Notes: generated by a model from the sequence alone, not told the origin. DNA of 64,000 nucleotides from Eukaryota sp. TZLM1-RC (GCA_040285825.1 JAUPSS010000007.1:2330689-2394688); one strand, 5' to 3'. Counted from the stretch's first letter, positions 45,326 through 58,050 are shown. Translations and numbers: made by a program.

Positions 45326-45450
45326 TAAACTATTGTCTTCTGCTTTAGTATCTTTTGGTCGTTTTTATGGAGGAAAAACTTCCACCCAATTTTTGTTGGC
45401 TGATTAAGGATATGAAGATTCAGAATTTTAATTTTTGTGTTTAGTTTTTT
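45326..45450 (+). mobile_element. Short retrotransposon 3' tail related to 39670-39790
   Basis: TTGGTCGTTTTTATG.AGGAAAAACTTC..TATGAAGATT shared with 39697-39770. Confidence 0.6.
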
Positions 45451-45523
45451 GAAAGTAATTGATTAAAAATTATTAAAACAAAGTCGTATACTAATTGACA
45501 CTCAGTACAAATACGCATCTGCC

Positions 45524-46234
45524 ATGTACCTGCTTGTGCAACATGATGCTCACATAACTGATTTATTTAACCAACAAGTAGGTGACCCTGCTAGGTTCCA
45601 AGCCCTCCTAAAAGAAGTTGACATCCAACTGAACGCTGAATCGATGACTTTTATCTTTTCCGCCGGTCTCCGTATTTTGTCCTTCCTGGAAAACATGGCC
45701 AGTGAAACAATGAAGAAACACGCTCTCGCTCTAACCGCAAGCTACTCACCAGCTTTTATTTCTTTCAGTCAGCAACTTGATAAACATTTTTTGCGTTTAA
45801 ATTCAAACCGACAACTACTGAGAAATTCATTCAAGCTCTTCTAACAAAAAAACTTTGCCACGTACACCCTTGCATCAGATGGTTTATCTCCCAGGGTAAC
45901 AGTCTCAACAGCTCCTAAGAGAACCAAGACTCGCCGCTCAGCCAGAGAATTTGAAACTGTCAGAGCCAGTGGACAACACGATATGCCTGCCAAGAGTCGG
46001 AAACGTAACTCCAGAGTTCAACAACAGGTCCGTCGAAGGCAACGTCGAAGTACTGAGGACGCCTATGAGCCTCCTCCAGTTGATCCAATTGAATATTCAT
46101 TTTGTGCAATTGATCCTGGCCACAAAAATTTGTGTGGGTATTCAATTGGATCAAGAATAAATGATAACAATGTGAACCATCGATTTTCGGGCCTTGTTTT
46201 AAATCCAAAGGCAAAGAATATTAGTGCGTTTTGA
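45524..46234 (+). pseudogene. Probable third-family Fanzor/TnpB N-terminal remnant, truncated after RuvC-I
   Basis: FCAIDPGHKNLCGY motif after a basic linker; broken ORFs; followed by a retrotransposon. Confidence 0.5.
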
Positions 46235-46274
46235 AATTCACAATAAGAAGACCACTTTAAAATGCAATATTTAA

Positions 46275-47730
46275 AGTGCGCACTTAATTAAATTAACTCA
46301 TAACTAATGGGACGAATATCAATGAACCAAGATTTCCGCTACACAATCTTGATCTACTTGCTGTCTAGCTAAAGCTTCTCTCATTCGATTGAAAAACCGA
46401 GGTAATCTATTAATAATGGCAAACTGAATCCGAGAGCGTTATAAAAAATATCAAATTTTTTCTTTGTTTTTTCTTGAACCATTTTTTGGAAGTCATTCAA
46501 AAAAGTTTCTGCTGCTATTGATAATCTTCCGTTTATCGAAAATGGGAAAGCAATAAAAACTAGTTGTGTATTTCTACCAGCATTAGCTTCTTCGATATCT
46601 TTGTCATATTTTTTATGTTTTTCTTTGGCTTTAAATTCAAGAGCACTTACAGGATTAAGCTTTCTTGTGTGAAACAAAGTGTAATTTGCAACATTACATG
46701 AGACAAAATGAAAAATAGCTTCCGAGTTTTCAATCCAATCACAGTATACATCACCTCTATAATCAGAAACTAAAATTATTCAGAGACAGTGTTTCTTTCA
46801 GCAGAGGCTCTTTGATAAACAATATTCTTGCAGTTTGTGCCATATTAAGAACAGTGTCTCTAACAGCATCATGTAATGAAAAACTATAAGACATAAACTT
46901 CGAACAATTTAGAGCATGACGCAAAGTGAGCTGTGGTGAATCCGAACAAATACACCTTTCTTTTGATAATAATTGATTAATGGGGATATTCAAATATAAT
47001 CTCCTTTTTGTGGCAAACGCTTCCTTAATGGCACACAGTCCAAATCTTCGTGGCACAATGATCACAAACAGTGAAGAATCTGAAGACTGATTTTCACAAA
47101 CACCCATTTTCCAATAACAATGAGTGAAGATCTTGATTTAAAACAGCCAAGCTGTATATATTTTTATAAAGATCATTTTCATACATTCCGGTCAGTCGTT
47201 TCTGTAATGTTCGAAGAGTGTATTTGAAATTTAAAAAAAATTTTCAGGAATATTGCCATTGAAACATTGGGAAAAGCATCGACTCCAATTTTCTATATCG
47301 ATTTTTGAAATTTCTTCATTTTATGCAAAAATAGTAGAACTGTGCGTTGTCATCAATAAACCTTCCCAATCGGCAAATCTTTCAGAAAACTCAAAGATTA
47401 CATTTCTGCATCCACCGATAAAAGCACATGAAGTCAGAATAGAAGCCTTTGTCCAACCTAAATTTGCCATAATGTGGACTAAGAGAAGCATAATCGGGAG
47501 TTTGGAACATTTTAAATCCTAGTAATTGTGACAAAACTTTTGCACGTAATTCATTAAACTTCTGGCCAAAGGCCTAGTGATAAGAGGATTTGTGGATCGA
47601 AATATGTGATTTAAGTTGGAACTAAAACATAGTCTTATAATGGTAAATATGATGTGTTTCTGTATATCTAAAGTCATCATATGGTCAATTTTATCGGAAA
47701 TTGAGTGCAACTTTTCAAGCAATTCTTTTG
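46275..47730 (-). mobile_element. Decayed CRE-like retrotransposon 3' half (family of 54748-58050)
   Basis: Near-identical to 54750-56200 including 3' UTR; frameshifted. Confidence 0.9.
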
Positions 47731-47814
47731 AAAAAATTTAAGGGAAAATCACAGCTATACCCAAAATTTAATTATATTATTTTTTAAATTTGGTATTTTC
47801 AACTTCAAAAACAA

Positions 47815-50394
47815 ATGACATCTGAATCTCCACCACCTCCAAATTCACAGGATGCTTCTGATGTCATTGTCAATCTTCGTGATTCAATATCTCTGGATTC
47901 CCATACTAGAAATTCACTTTCCTTCTATGCATCAGAGCGATTTTTAGCCAATGTAGAACCCACTAGTAGTTCTTCCGGTTTAGGAACATTTGCTGGCGTT
48001 TTCACACCTTCTGCCGGTAATATCTTTGGTGTAATTCTCTTTACACGTTTCTCATGGGCTACGGGTGTTGCTGGAATCCGTTTTGCATCTATTATGATCT
48101 TACTCGCCTTAACCACAACCTTCATGACTGCTCTCTCCATGTGCTCAATTGTAACTAATGGTAAAATGAAGGGAAAAGGTGGTGCTTATTATGTCATTTC
48201 TAGAACACTTGGCTCATCCATTGGAAGTGCAGTTGGGCTGATGTTTTATCTGGCAAACGTTTTTTCTTGTGCGTTAGATTTGCTTGGTATAGTTGAATAC
48301 TTGACCGATGGTTTAGAATTTGATCTTTCATTCTTGGGACCCCAGAGTGTTCGAATCACTGGTTTAGGTCTTTTAATTATAATCGCAGTTTTTTGTTTCA
48401 TTGGAATTAAATTTGTTTCACTCTTGGCTCCTTTTTTCCTCGCAATGGTTTTATATTCGGTTGCTAGCATTCTTTTTGGTTTTGTTTTTCCTTCAGAACC
48501 TCTTTTACCCTTTTCTCTCTCCAATATTCAGTCTAATTGGTCACCCCATTCATCTTATTCAACTTACTCTTTCTTTGGTCTATTGGCCATTTTGTTTCCA
48601 GCTTTCACAGATATGCTGGTTGGCTCTACTAAGAGTGACACCTTGAAAGATCCAGCCAAGAACATCCCCACTGGTACAATAAGTGCAGTTTTGGTTACTG
48701 GTACAGTCAATCTTTGTTTTATTTTATTATCTGGAACTTTTCTTCCAAGGGAAGTCTTGATTAATGAAAGATTGGTTCTTTCTGATGTTGCTTTCCCTTC
48801 TCCTTCTTTAGTGAAGTTTGGCATTATCTTTGCTAGCTTTGGCAGTGCTCTTCAAGCTTTAAGTTCAGCTCCAAGGTTGTTGTGGGCTGTTGCTCAGGAC
48901 AAAACTATCCCTTTTTTAAATATTTTCGATAGGGCTGATAAGAGAGGAGAGCCAAGGATAGCATTAATATTTACTCTATTTATTGTTTCTAGTGCCGTAA
49001 TGTTGAGAGAAATCGATAAGACTGCCCCCTTTGCCACAATGGCTTTTGTTCTTTGCTATTTCTCTATTAATCTTTCAGCAGCAACTCTATCTATTTTAAA
49101 ACCACCAAGTTTTAGACCAAAGTTTAAGTTTTTTTCTTCATTTACTTGCATTTTGGGAACTTTCTTGTGTGTTTTTATAATGTTTTCTTTTTCTTTTGCA
49201 CTCACCACAATTGTTATTTTGATTTCAATTCTTTTAATCGCCTATATCAATGCAAGAGGAGTTCAGCAGCATTGGGGGGATAGTTTAAAGGGACTCTACT
49301 TACAATTTGCAAAGAACTTATTATTGAGCATTAGAAAGGAAACGGTTGATGATATTCACGTTAAGAATTGGAGACCTCATGCTATGATCTTAGTTAATTC
49401 AAACCCCAAAGGTGATGATATTCCTGCTTCAGAAAAGGGACTATTACTTTTCATGAAGCACATTTCAAGAGGAGGAGCAGGCTTAAACATGCTTGTTTCA
49501 GTTGTACAGGAGGAATCAATTGTTAAAACCTTGCATCAAACTTTAATTAAACATGGAGATTACTTTAACATTGGTTCTTTTCCTAATGTTGTGGTAGCAG
49601 AATCTGAAGTTTCTGCATTACCCGTCTTACTTCAATCTTGTGGAATTGGTCCCCTTTCTTCTAATTGTGTGTTTTTTTCTTTTGACAATAAGGATGCAAA
49701 AGAACTTGACATTGTGAAAAAGATTTCTATTGCTTCTTCACTTAATCAGTCTGTCTTGGCTTTTAAAGGTTCCGAAAATTATTACAACAACTTTTTTGTT
49801 AACCAAACTGGGCAATTCGAGTTTGAAATTGCTGTCTTTTGGCTTATTTACGATAGCTGCATGCTCTTGATGATGTTTCATTTAATGAAAAAACACCCTT
49901 ATTACAAGAATGCAGTCGTCAGGTTATACACGTTTGCTACTTCAACTGACAATAGTGTCAAAATGAAGACTGATATTGAGCGTCTTCTTGAATCTTTCAG
50001 ACTTAAAGCTATTGTTAGAGTCTTGGAACTAAGTGAGTCAACACCTTATGATATAAATAGAACATTGTTATTAGAAGAAAGAGCTGAATTACTTAAACAA
50101 TTGGAGATTGCAAAGGAAAGACAAGCAGATATGGTTATTGAATCATCAAGGCTCTGTAGTGGATTGGCGCCAAAAGATACTGTTTCAACTGTTGCAAGCG
50201 CTTGCTACATTAACCAAATGATCAAAGCCCATGCTCGTCCAGATGACTTTATAATAATCAACTTACCTCATTTGGATGCTTTTGATCAAGAATTCGAACT
50301 TTATTCAAAGTATTTGCAAGCTCTTGTGGATGGAATTAAGCAGGTTTTATTAATTAAGGGTTCTGGTAGTGAAATTGTTACTGATTATGTTTGA
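47815..50394 (+). CDS. SLC12 cation-chloride cotransporter, copy B (859 aa)
   Basis: Same motifs as copy A; about 6 amino acid differences visible. Confidence 0.95.
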   Translation: MTSESPPPPNSQDASDVIVNLRDSISLDSHTRNSLSFYASERFLANVEPTSSSSGLGTFAGVFTPSAGNIFGVILFTRFSWATGVAGIRFASIMILLALTTTFMTALSMCSIVTNGKMKGKGGAYYVISRTLGSSIGSAVGLMFYLANVFSCALDLLGIVEYLTDGLEFDLSFLGPQSVRITGLGLLIIIAVFCFIGIKFVSLLAPFFLAMVLYSVASILFGFVFPSEPLLPFSLSNIQSNWSPHSSYSTYSFFGLLAILFPAFTDMLVGSTKSDTLKDPAKNIPTGTISAVLVTGTVNLCFILLSGTFLPREVLINERLVLSDVAFPSPSLVKFGIIFASFGSALQALSSAPRLLWAVAQDKTIPFLNIFDRADKRGEPRIALIFTLFIVSSAVMLREIDKTAPFATMAFVLCYFSINLSAATLSILKPPSFRPKFKFFSSFTCILGTFLCVFIMFSFSFALTTIVILISILLIAYINARGVQQHWGDSLKGLYLQFAKNLLLSIRKETVDDIHVKNWRPHAMILVNSNPKGDDIPASEKGLLLFMKHISRGGAGLNMLVSVVQEESIVKTLHQTLIKHGDYFNIGSFPNVVVAESEVSALPVLLQSCGIGPLSSNCVFFSFDNKDAKELDIVKKISIASSLNQSVLAFKGSENYYNNFFVNQTGQFEFEIAVFWLIYDSCMLLMMFHLMKKHPYYKNAVVRLYTFATSTDNSVKMKTDIERLLESFRLKAIVRVLELSESTPYDINRTLLLEERAELLKQLEIAKERQADMVIESSRLCSGLAPKDTVSTVASACYINQMIKAHARPDDFIIINLPHLDAFDQEFELYSKYLQALVDGIKQVLLIKGSGSEIVTDYV

Positions 50395-50879
50395 ATTTTC
50401 TTACATTTACTTTTGAGAGTGTTTTCTCTTTTATTTAGCTTTTTTCATTATTCCTCATTTTGTTTATTGTTATGCTGGAATAATGTTTTTTTCTAGCTTT
50501 TTATTAATAATAACTTTAAATAGTGGCGTTATTTGACTTAGTGAAGAGTATGCTTGCGCTCCTTGTTGTTAAATAAAATGTTCTAGTTACTAAATCCAGC
50601 TGAATAGTATTGTATACAAGGTATTTCAAAATAAAGATAGTTCAAATTACAAAAGAGCTTGTTTTCAATTCCATTTGCTTAACATCACAATAACCATCAA
50701 TCATATGATATACTTGAACTCATAATTTCGTATTAAAATTTAATTGATATTCCATGCAGACGTATTTGTGAAGAGTTTTTAATCTATCGATAAAATTCGC
50801 TCATAGACTAAACATATCAATCCTAAACTCGTTGCATTATTACTTTTGATTAAACCAGCTCCACATTTATTGAGATAAA

Positions 50880-51610
50880 AAAAACTATCTAGAATTCAAT
50901 ATCCTCCAAACAAGCGTCACTATTACTAAACCTACTCACAGCATTACGTTCATATTCTACATTAAGAGCTAAAAGCGCCTTGGAAATCATTGTTGGAATA
51001 GACTTGAAAATGCAAAAAACAATTCTATTTAACCAGAAAGTGGAATTCATTGTTTTACCAGACCTATTCAGTAACACTGTTTTGAAATTTTCAAAAAAGT
51101 GCAACCCTGAAGGTCCAATATTGCCAAAAAGAGAAATTGCAAACGGCACAAACTGATATTTCACATGTTCCACTGTACCTAACTGTGCCAAAGGTTCTTC
51201 ATATTTTTTTATCTTCTTTTTTTTGGCGTTAGATAACGGCGAATCAGCGGAAAACACTAAACGAGCAGCAGAATTTTTGCAAACATCAACCGAGACAACA
51301 TCTACAACATTGAGAACACCATCGATCCCTGGAGCTACTAAATCTGCCCTTCTTTTACCAAAGGAATCATCAGTTTGATCTGAAGACAGCTTACGTACTA
51401 ATGGCTCAATAAATGCCTCTATATTGAAACTTTGGCACATGGCATATAATTGATCACGAACTGAGTCATGAACAATTGAGCGATAAGTGATAAAATACTT
51501 ACAGTTTAAAATATGGGAAAGCGTAACCACACTCTTGCAGCGACAAATTAAATCATTTGGTAAAGAACAAGGCCATAGAAAACATCTCATTCCCATTGCA
51601 GTATTACTGA
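50880..51610 (-). mobile_element. RLE retrotransposon 3' fragment; near-identical to 62900-63630
   Basis: CRCK..HILNC..HDSVRDQ..RRADL..VVDV..KIKKY; ends LEDIEF. Confidence 0.88.
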
Positions 51611-51691
51611 ACATCAAAAGTCAACTTTCCATTTTATTTACATACAAGAATTTACTTGTTACATCTGGAATAGATGTAAGAATGGAGACTT

Positions 51692-52317
51692 TTAATAGGT
51701 TGGAATCTTCCTAACTCTGCCAGGTTTTATTTCTGGAGCCGCACCTCCATCACTCTTACCATACCCTAAGATAATTCCAATAACAAGCTGATGGTTCAAG
51801 GGAATACCAACTTTCGCTTTGATGAGATCATGTCTATTGTTGGACACCAAGTAACCAATGGCACATGAACCTAAACCTTCATACTTGGCCTGAAGAAGCA
51901 TATTTTGCACTGCAACAGCTCCGTCTAGATCATCAAATCCAGGTACAACTGCACGAGAATGAACGTAGACAACAATAGGAGCACTAAGGTCAGATTGAAC
52001 TAAACATACTTATAGAATATGTTGTCAAGGTTGGGATTACCAGTAACAATATCGCTGACTTCCTTGTTGAGCCTTCTATTACGGGAAACAGTGAAGTGAA
52101 TTTGTTGTTCACCCAAAGATGAAGGCGCTCTGAGACCAGCATGAAGAATTCGATCCAAAACATCTTCACTGACATATTGGTTAGTATAGTCTCGAATACT
52201 TCTCCTATGTTCAATCACATGTGGAAATGTTTGATTCTGTGAGTTGTTAGAAAAGCAGGCACGAGTTCCACTGATACAGACCACAAGAAGAACGAGCAGA
52301 GGGAGATTGGTGAACAT
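51692..52317 (-). CDS. Nitroreductase-family flavoprotein with predicted signal peptide; intron 51984-52009
   Basis: IEHRRSIRDY, RAPSS..Q, IFY|NAPIVV after splicing, DGAVAVQNMLLQA..GLGSC, IILGY; hydrophobic N-terminus MFTNLPLLVLLVVCISG. Confidence 0.9.
51984..52009 (-). other. Spliceosomal intron, 26 nt
   Basis: GTATGT...TCTGACCTTAG; restores FYNAP. Confidence 0.9.
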
Positions 52318-52739
52318 CAGAAAAAATTGTAATCCAATCATTTAATCAATTATGATGCATTGATCACAATTATGCAATCACCAGGGCTCCAAGATTATGG
52401 AAGTTCTTCTATTATAAAAATCATGCGATTTTGTTAATGGTGCATAATTGATCTTTCTGGAGACCACTTAACAATCAGAATCAAAAATGAAAAAGCAGAA
52501 TTTTGTCCTTCTCACATTTGATCTAAATCATGTTAGTATCATACTCATCATTGCAGCTTTCCTGAACTTGAACCAAAGCTCGAGATTCCTACCATTGACC
52601 CCTCGATGTTCTCATGAAATCGTCCAATTCCATTCATCTGGCATTTAATCCTAAACAACTCTGGTGATTGTTTTTGAAATTAATTTTGTCTTCTTTGTGT
52701 AGTTTAATTTTTTTCCGAAATAGTTCATCTTGTATAAAA

Positions 52740-53440
52740 ACACAAGATCCTCGCCGTTGTGGGTTACTGCTTTTAGATAATCAATTTTTGACAGTCGTGT
52801 GAATTAGACTTAATCTACCTCCTCCTCAATGCTTATCAAATATGAAATGTAAATGTGGTGCTTATGGTTCTTTTGATCACCTTATTTCCTGCTGTGAATT
52901 CACTCAAAAAAGATCAATTGTCCACATTGATGTTCGTGATTGTATCTATGATCTGTTAAAATGTGCTCATCATCCAGTTCGTTCAGAACCTCTGTTTGAT
53001 GAATTGAATTTCGGTTTGAGCCAAAAACGAGGTGACATTCAATGTGTATGGTATGATGGAACTGAACTAATCATCGATTGTACCACCGTATCTCCGTAGA
53101 AAAGGCGTTCCAATTCCGACATTCACCATTTACTCAGAGTTGTAGAACATTGCAAGAAATCAAAATACGAAGCACTTCTTCATCGTTTCAATGGAGCAAG
53201 AGGCAAAAACATCAAACTTTTCCGAATTGCTACCACTGGAAGTGAAGGTCTCAACTTTTGAGATGATTTTGGAAAACTTAAAGAAAGTGCTCGTACATTT
53301 GATTCTCTGATTCGGAAGAGCAGTTTCGTTATTGAAAGCTCTTACTTGTTATATTAACTTTATTCTGAATAACATTACGGAGTTTTATAACAACAGAGTT
53401 GCTATGCAAGTGAATAGCGAAAATCTCCCGTTATTCAATT
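52740..53440 (+). mobile_element. Decayed RLE retrotransposon 3' fragment (divergent family)
   Basis: CKCG..HLISC..H.DVRD..RGDI..IIDCT..KSKY. Confidence 0.75.
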
Positions 53441-54129
53441 GATGGGGTTTGAGTAGGTAAAAGCATTAGTTAAGGTTCTGGTTGTTTTTTTTAAATGGGT
53501 CTGTTCCAGCAATACAATCTTTAATCCTAAAATTCCACTTTTGCTTTCACTATAACATTACAAGTAATGAGTTGTTTTGACACTTGAACAACTACAACAC
53601 TCCTGGAACAAGCGATTTTGACTACTTTAGCCACCATTAACATCACCTCATATCTCAAGAACACCCGGAAAAAAATAGTTAATGCTGGTGGTAGTGAAGC
53701 ATCTTTTTTATGGAGTTGTATTTCCGTAACAAACTACTTTCACTTGAACAATTGAGTAGAGAAAATAACCCCAAGACACAACTAAAAATTCCTAAACCAA
53801 AAAAATGAGTTAATTTTTTAAACAGTTGAAGTAAAATCTCGGGATTCTTTAAAAATTCATCCAAGTATATTCCCTAAATTTCTTGAACATCAGAATCTCA
53901 AGTGGTGGTTCAAATCTAATCAGATCTAGTCACCAGTGTTCCAGCCAAGCTATTTGTAGTGTTCTCTTTGTTAGAACAATGTTCCATAATACAAGACAAC
54001 TGATAGACAATAAACTGAGATAAATACTGTCGCGGTTCACTGCTACAATACAATAAGAGAACATCCGCTTTTGAGATAAACAGTGTTCTTACATACAGCA
54101 TCAATATATTATATATTGTAGCAAATTGA

Positions 54130-54705
54130 TTTCGATTATGATCATTTTTATATCTTACATTGGTATTATGTTTAAGTCTTACAAGATCGAATCCTTTTTA
54201 GAAGCTTTGCTTTCAAATTTGGCTGACGAAACTGACAAAACTCTTATGGTAATAGCCGCAATGATGTGTTAGTTCCCGGACTTGACGGAGCAATGATCAT
54301 TATTGACGTCAGATCTACTGATGAATCAAAGAGCTCAAAAGGGAAACTGGCACAATCTTACGTAGAGCTGAAGAAGCGAAAATTAACAAGTAAAAAAATC
54401 AGAAAAAATCAATAATCTTAATTCCAACTCACATACTCAATACCTTCTTTGTCCTTTTTTCTTTATTTGGAACCTTGGGTAAAACTGCGTTATCTTTTTG
54501 GGACGATTTCTCATCTATTGTCAAAAATAGAACTAAAAGAATAATTGACCGAACCTTTTGGCAAAACAGAATTGTATTTTCTATTTTTAAGGAAATGTAT
54601 AGCCTTGTTTCTACCTCGTTGTTAAAACTACGAAGATTTTATGAAGAAAATGCTCTAGGTAAATTTTCAATGGTAGATGTGAAGTTTGAGGAAATTGATT
54701 TTTAG
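54130..54705 (+). mobile_element. Decayed RLE retrotransposon 3' fragment
   Basis: DVLVPGLDG..IDVRSTD..FWQNRIVFSIFK; ends FEEIDF. Confidence 0.75.
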
Positions 54706-54747
54706 TTTTTAACAATTTCGTTTGAAGGTTATTATGTATTTATTGAA

Positions 54748-57700
54748 TTTGCACACTTAATTAAATTAACTCATAACTAATGGGACGACTATCATTGAAC
54801 CAAGATTTCCTCAACAAAATCTTGATCTGCTTGCTGTCTAGCTAAAGCTGCTCTAATTCGATTGAAAAACCGAGGTAATCTATTAATAATGGCAAATTGA
54901 ATCCGTGAACGCCATAAAAAAATATCAAATCTTTTCATTGTTTTTTCTTGCACCATTTTTTGGAAGTCATCCAAAAAAGTTTCTGCTTCAACTGATAATC
55001 TTCCATTTATCGAAAATGGGAAAGCAATAAAAACCAGCTGTGTATTTCTATCGACATTAGCCTCTTCAATATCTTTATCATATTTTCTATGTTTCTCTTT
55101 TGCTTTAAAATCCAGAGCAGCCACAGGATTAAGTTTTCTTCTGTGAACCAAAGTATCATTTGCAACATTACATGAGACAAAGTCAACAATAGCTTCAGAA
55201 TTATCAATCCAATCACAGTATACATCACCTCTATCATCAGAACCAAAATTATTCAGAGAAAGTGTTTCCTTCAGCAGGGGCTCTTTGATACACGATATCC
55301 TTGCAGTTTGTGCCATATTAAAAACAGTGTCTCTAACAGCATCATGTAATGAAGAACGATAAGTTATCAATTTAGAGCAATTCAGAGCATGGCGCAAAGT
55401 GAGTTGAGCTGAATTCGAACAAATACATTTTTCTTTTGATAATAATTGATTAATGGGGATGTTCAAATATAATCTCATTTTTGTTACAAATGCTTCATTA
55501 GTGGCACACAATCCAAATCTTCGTGGTACTATGGTTACAAAAAGTGAAGAATCTGACGACTTGTTTTCACAAACACCCTTTTCCAATAACAATGAGTGAA
55601 GATCTTGATTTAAAACAGCCGAGCTGCATATATCATTATCAAGATCTTTTTCATATATTCCAGTCAATCGTTTCTGAAATGTTCGAAGAGTGTATTTTAA
55701 ATTTAAAAAATTCTTTTCAGGAATATTACCATTGAATCATTGGGGAAAGCATCGACTCCATTTTTCTATATCGATTTTTGAAATTTCTTCATTTTATGCA
55801 AAAATAGTAGAACTTTGCGTTGTCATCAATAAACTTTCCCAATCGGCAAATCTTTCAGAAAACTCAAAGATTACATTTCTGCATCCACCGATAAAAGCAC
55901 ATGAAGTCAGAATAGAAGCCTTTGTCCAACCTAAATTTGCCATAATGTGGACTAAGAGAAGCATAATCGGGAGTTTGGAACATTTTAAATCCTAGTAATT
56001 GTGACAAGACTTTTGCACGTAATTCATTACACTTCTGGGCCAAAGGCCTAGTGATAAGAGGATTTGTGGATCGAAATATGTGATTAAAGTTGGAACTAAC
56101 ACAGTCTTATAATGGTAAATTTGATATGCTTTTTTGTATATCTAAAGTCATCATACGGTCAATTTTATCGGAAATTGAGTTCAACTTTTTAAACAATTTT
56201 TTGGTAATTTCATCATTATTTCCTAAAAACGAACCCAAATGACGAATAGCATCAATTGAATATAATTTGGCCTGAATTTCAATACCATCCACTATTGTGG
56301 AAACTGGAGAATTCGATAACAAAACACATTTAAGTAAATTAAGTCGGAGACCAATTTTGGTAAATAATTCTTTAAAACATACAGTTGCTTGTTTCACAAT
56401 ATTTAAATCACCAATAAGCACAACATCATCCATATATGCAATCATTTTTAGTGAAGGAAACATCTCTTGAATTTGCAGTAAAATAGGGTGAATGGCCAAA
56501 CAAAACAAAAGAGGTTCTAACGGATCTCCTTGCTTTACACCACTTGATGAACTCAAAATGTTATTACCAAAATGTAAATTAGAATATGTGCAATATGTTG
56601 ATTGAAAATACGGTATTAATTCCGGCATATATTGCAATAGAGCACCATGGATACTGCGACGACTTAGTGAATTGAAAGCATTACTAAAATCCAATGACAT
56701 ACAAACATTGGCTTCATTTTGGCAAAATAAAACATCAGTAGCAAATATCGCTGAAGAGACTCCATCTGTGGTATTAATACCATATTGAAAGGGTAATAAA
56801 ATTTTTTTGCTTTCTCATTGATCCTGCTTAAGCAACACGCAGAAAAAATATTGTGTAAGCTCTCAGAGACTGCAATAGGATGAACATCCATTTTTGAATT
56901 TTTGACAAGTGCAGTCAAACGAGAACTTCTTAATTCTTCTGGGTATTTGAGTTGACCAGACAATATTTTGTTGAAAAATTTGGTTAATAAACCAAGACAA
57001 TCCTCTGAAGAAATAATTGCGGCTTTTACATGATCAATAGTAATACCAGAAAGTCCGGCAGACTTACCGCGTGGTCTCTTTTTGATCACCGAAAAAACTT
57101 CTGATGGCATCAATGGATAATTTTCCCAGTATGTGCCGTAAAAATTTTGATCCATTATAGGGTCTTCATAAGGATGAAGTATTTTTAGTTTATCTATTGT
57201 ATTTTCATTGTTGGGTGCTTTAACCCCGGGACTTAAAGCTGACAAAGCCTTGGACCATTTGTTGTCAAAGCATTTGTCTTCAAAAATTTTACTTAATTTC
57301 TGGAATGACTGATTTCTCGGTGCTATATTAGTTAAATCTTCGGAATTATTTACAAAATTTTGTTCAAAGGACAGAAAAACCTTCAGAGGACAAAAAGAAC
57401 CAAAAAATTGCCAAATAATATTGATAGCATACTTTCCTTTACATAATTGATCCAAAAATCTTTGAAAAACGAAAGCAAATTCATTGCATTTGGTCGGATG
57501 AATTTCTTGAGGTATTCTTATGGGAGGATGGTAGTTATCAACTATGCGGCATTTCAAGCATCGATCAGAAGTTTTTCCTTTTGCATTTTTTCTATAAGAA
57601 ATACCACAATTGTTGCAAGTTTTGTGCTTCAATCGATTGCTAACTGGTTTTGCAACAACTTGTGGAACATCATTTATGGGTTCTACCTTAGACTCTTTTC

Positions 57701-58050
57701 TTCTAATAAATTTTCTTTTACACTTTGTTTCAGAATTTGCCACATCATTTTTTTCAACATTGGGGCATGTTCGAGCATTATGTCCTTGTTGTCGACACTT
57801 TGAGCATCTGTAGGAGCGTAACTTTGTTTTTGAACAAACTTTGTTTTCATCGTGATTTTCTAAAAATTGTTGATCAGAATTTTTTTTGTCCAAAAATGAA
57901 GAGAGAAGAGGTTGAGGAGGAGAGGTGGAAAGGACGTCTTGAGCATCTTGTTGTCTATCGTTCTTTCTTTTGACTCCATTAGAATCAGAAACTGATTCAG
58001 GCATCAACAAGAAAGAATAGAAGCAATGATCGCGGTTCAGCCAGGTTTTA
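54748..58050 (-). mobile_element. Near full-length CRE-like non-LTR retrotransposon (single ORF, now frameshifted): zinc knuckle, RT, CCHC finger, restriction-like endonuclease
   Basis: CSKCRQQGHNARTC; PIAVSE; LDFSNAFN; GVKQGDPLEPLLF; AYMDD; CICS..HALNC; HDAVRD; RGDVY..VDFV..KEKHRKY. Confidence 0.93.
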
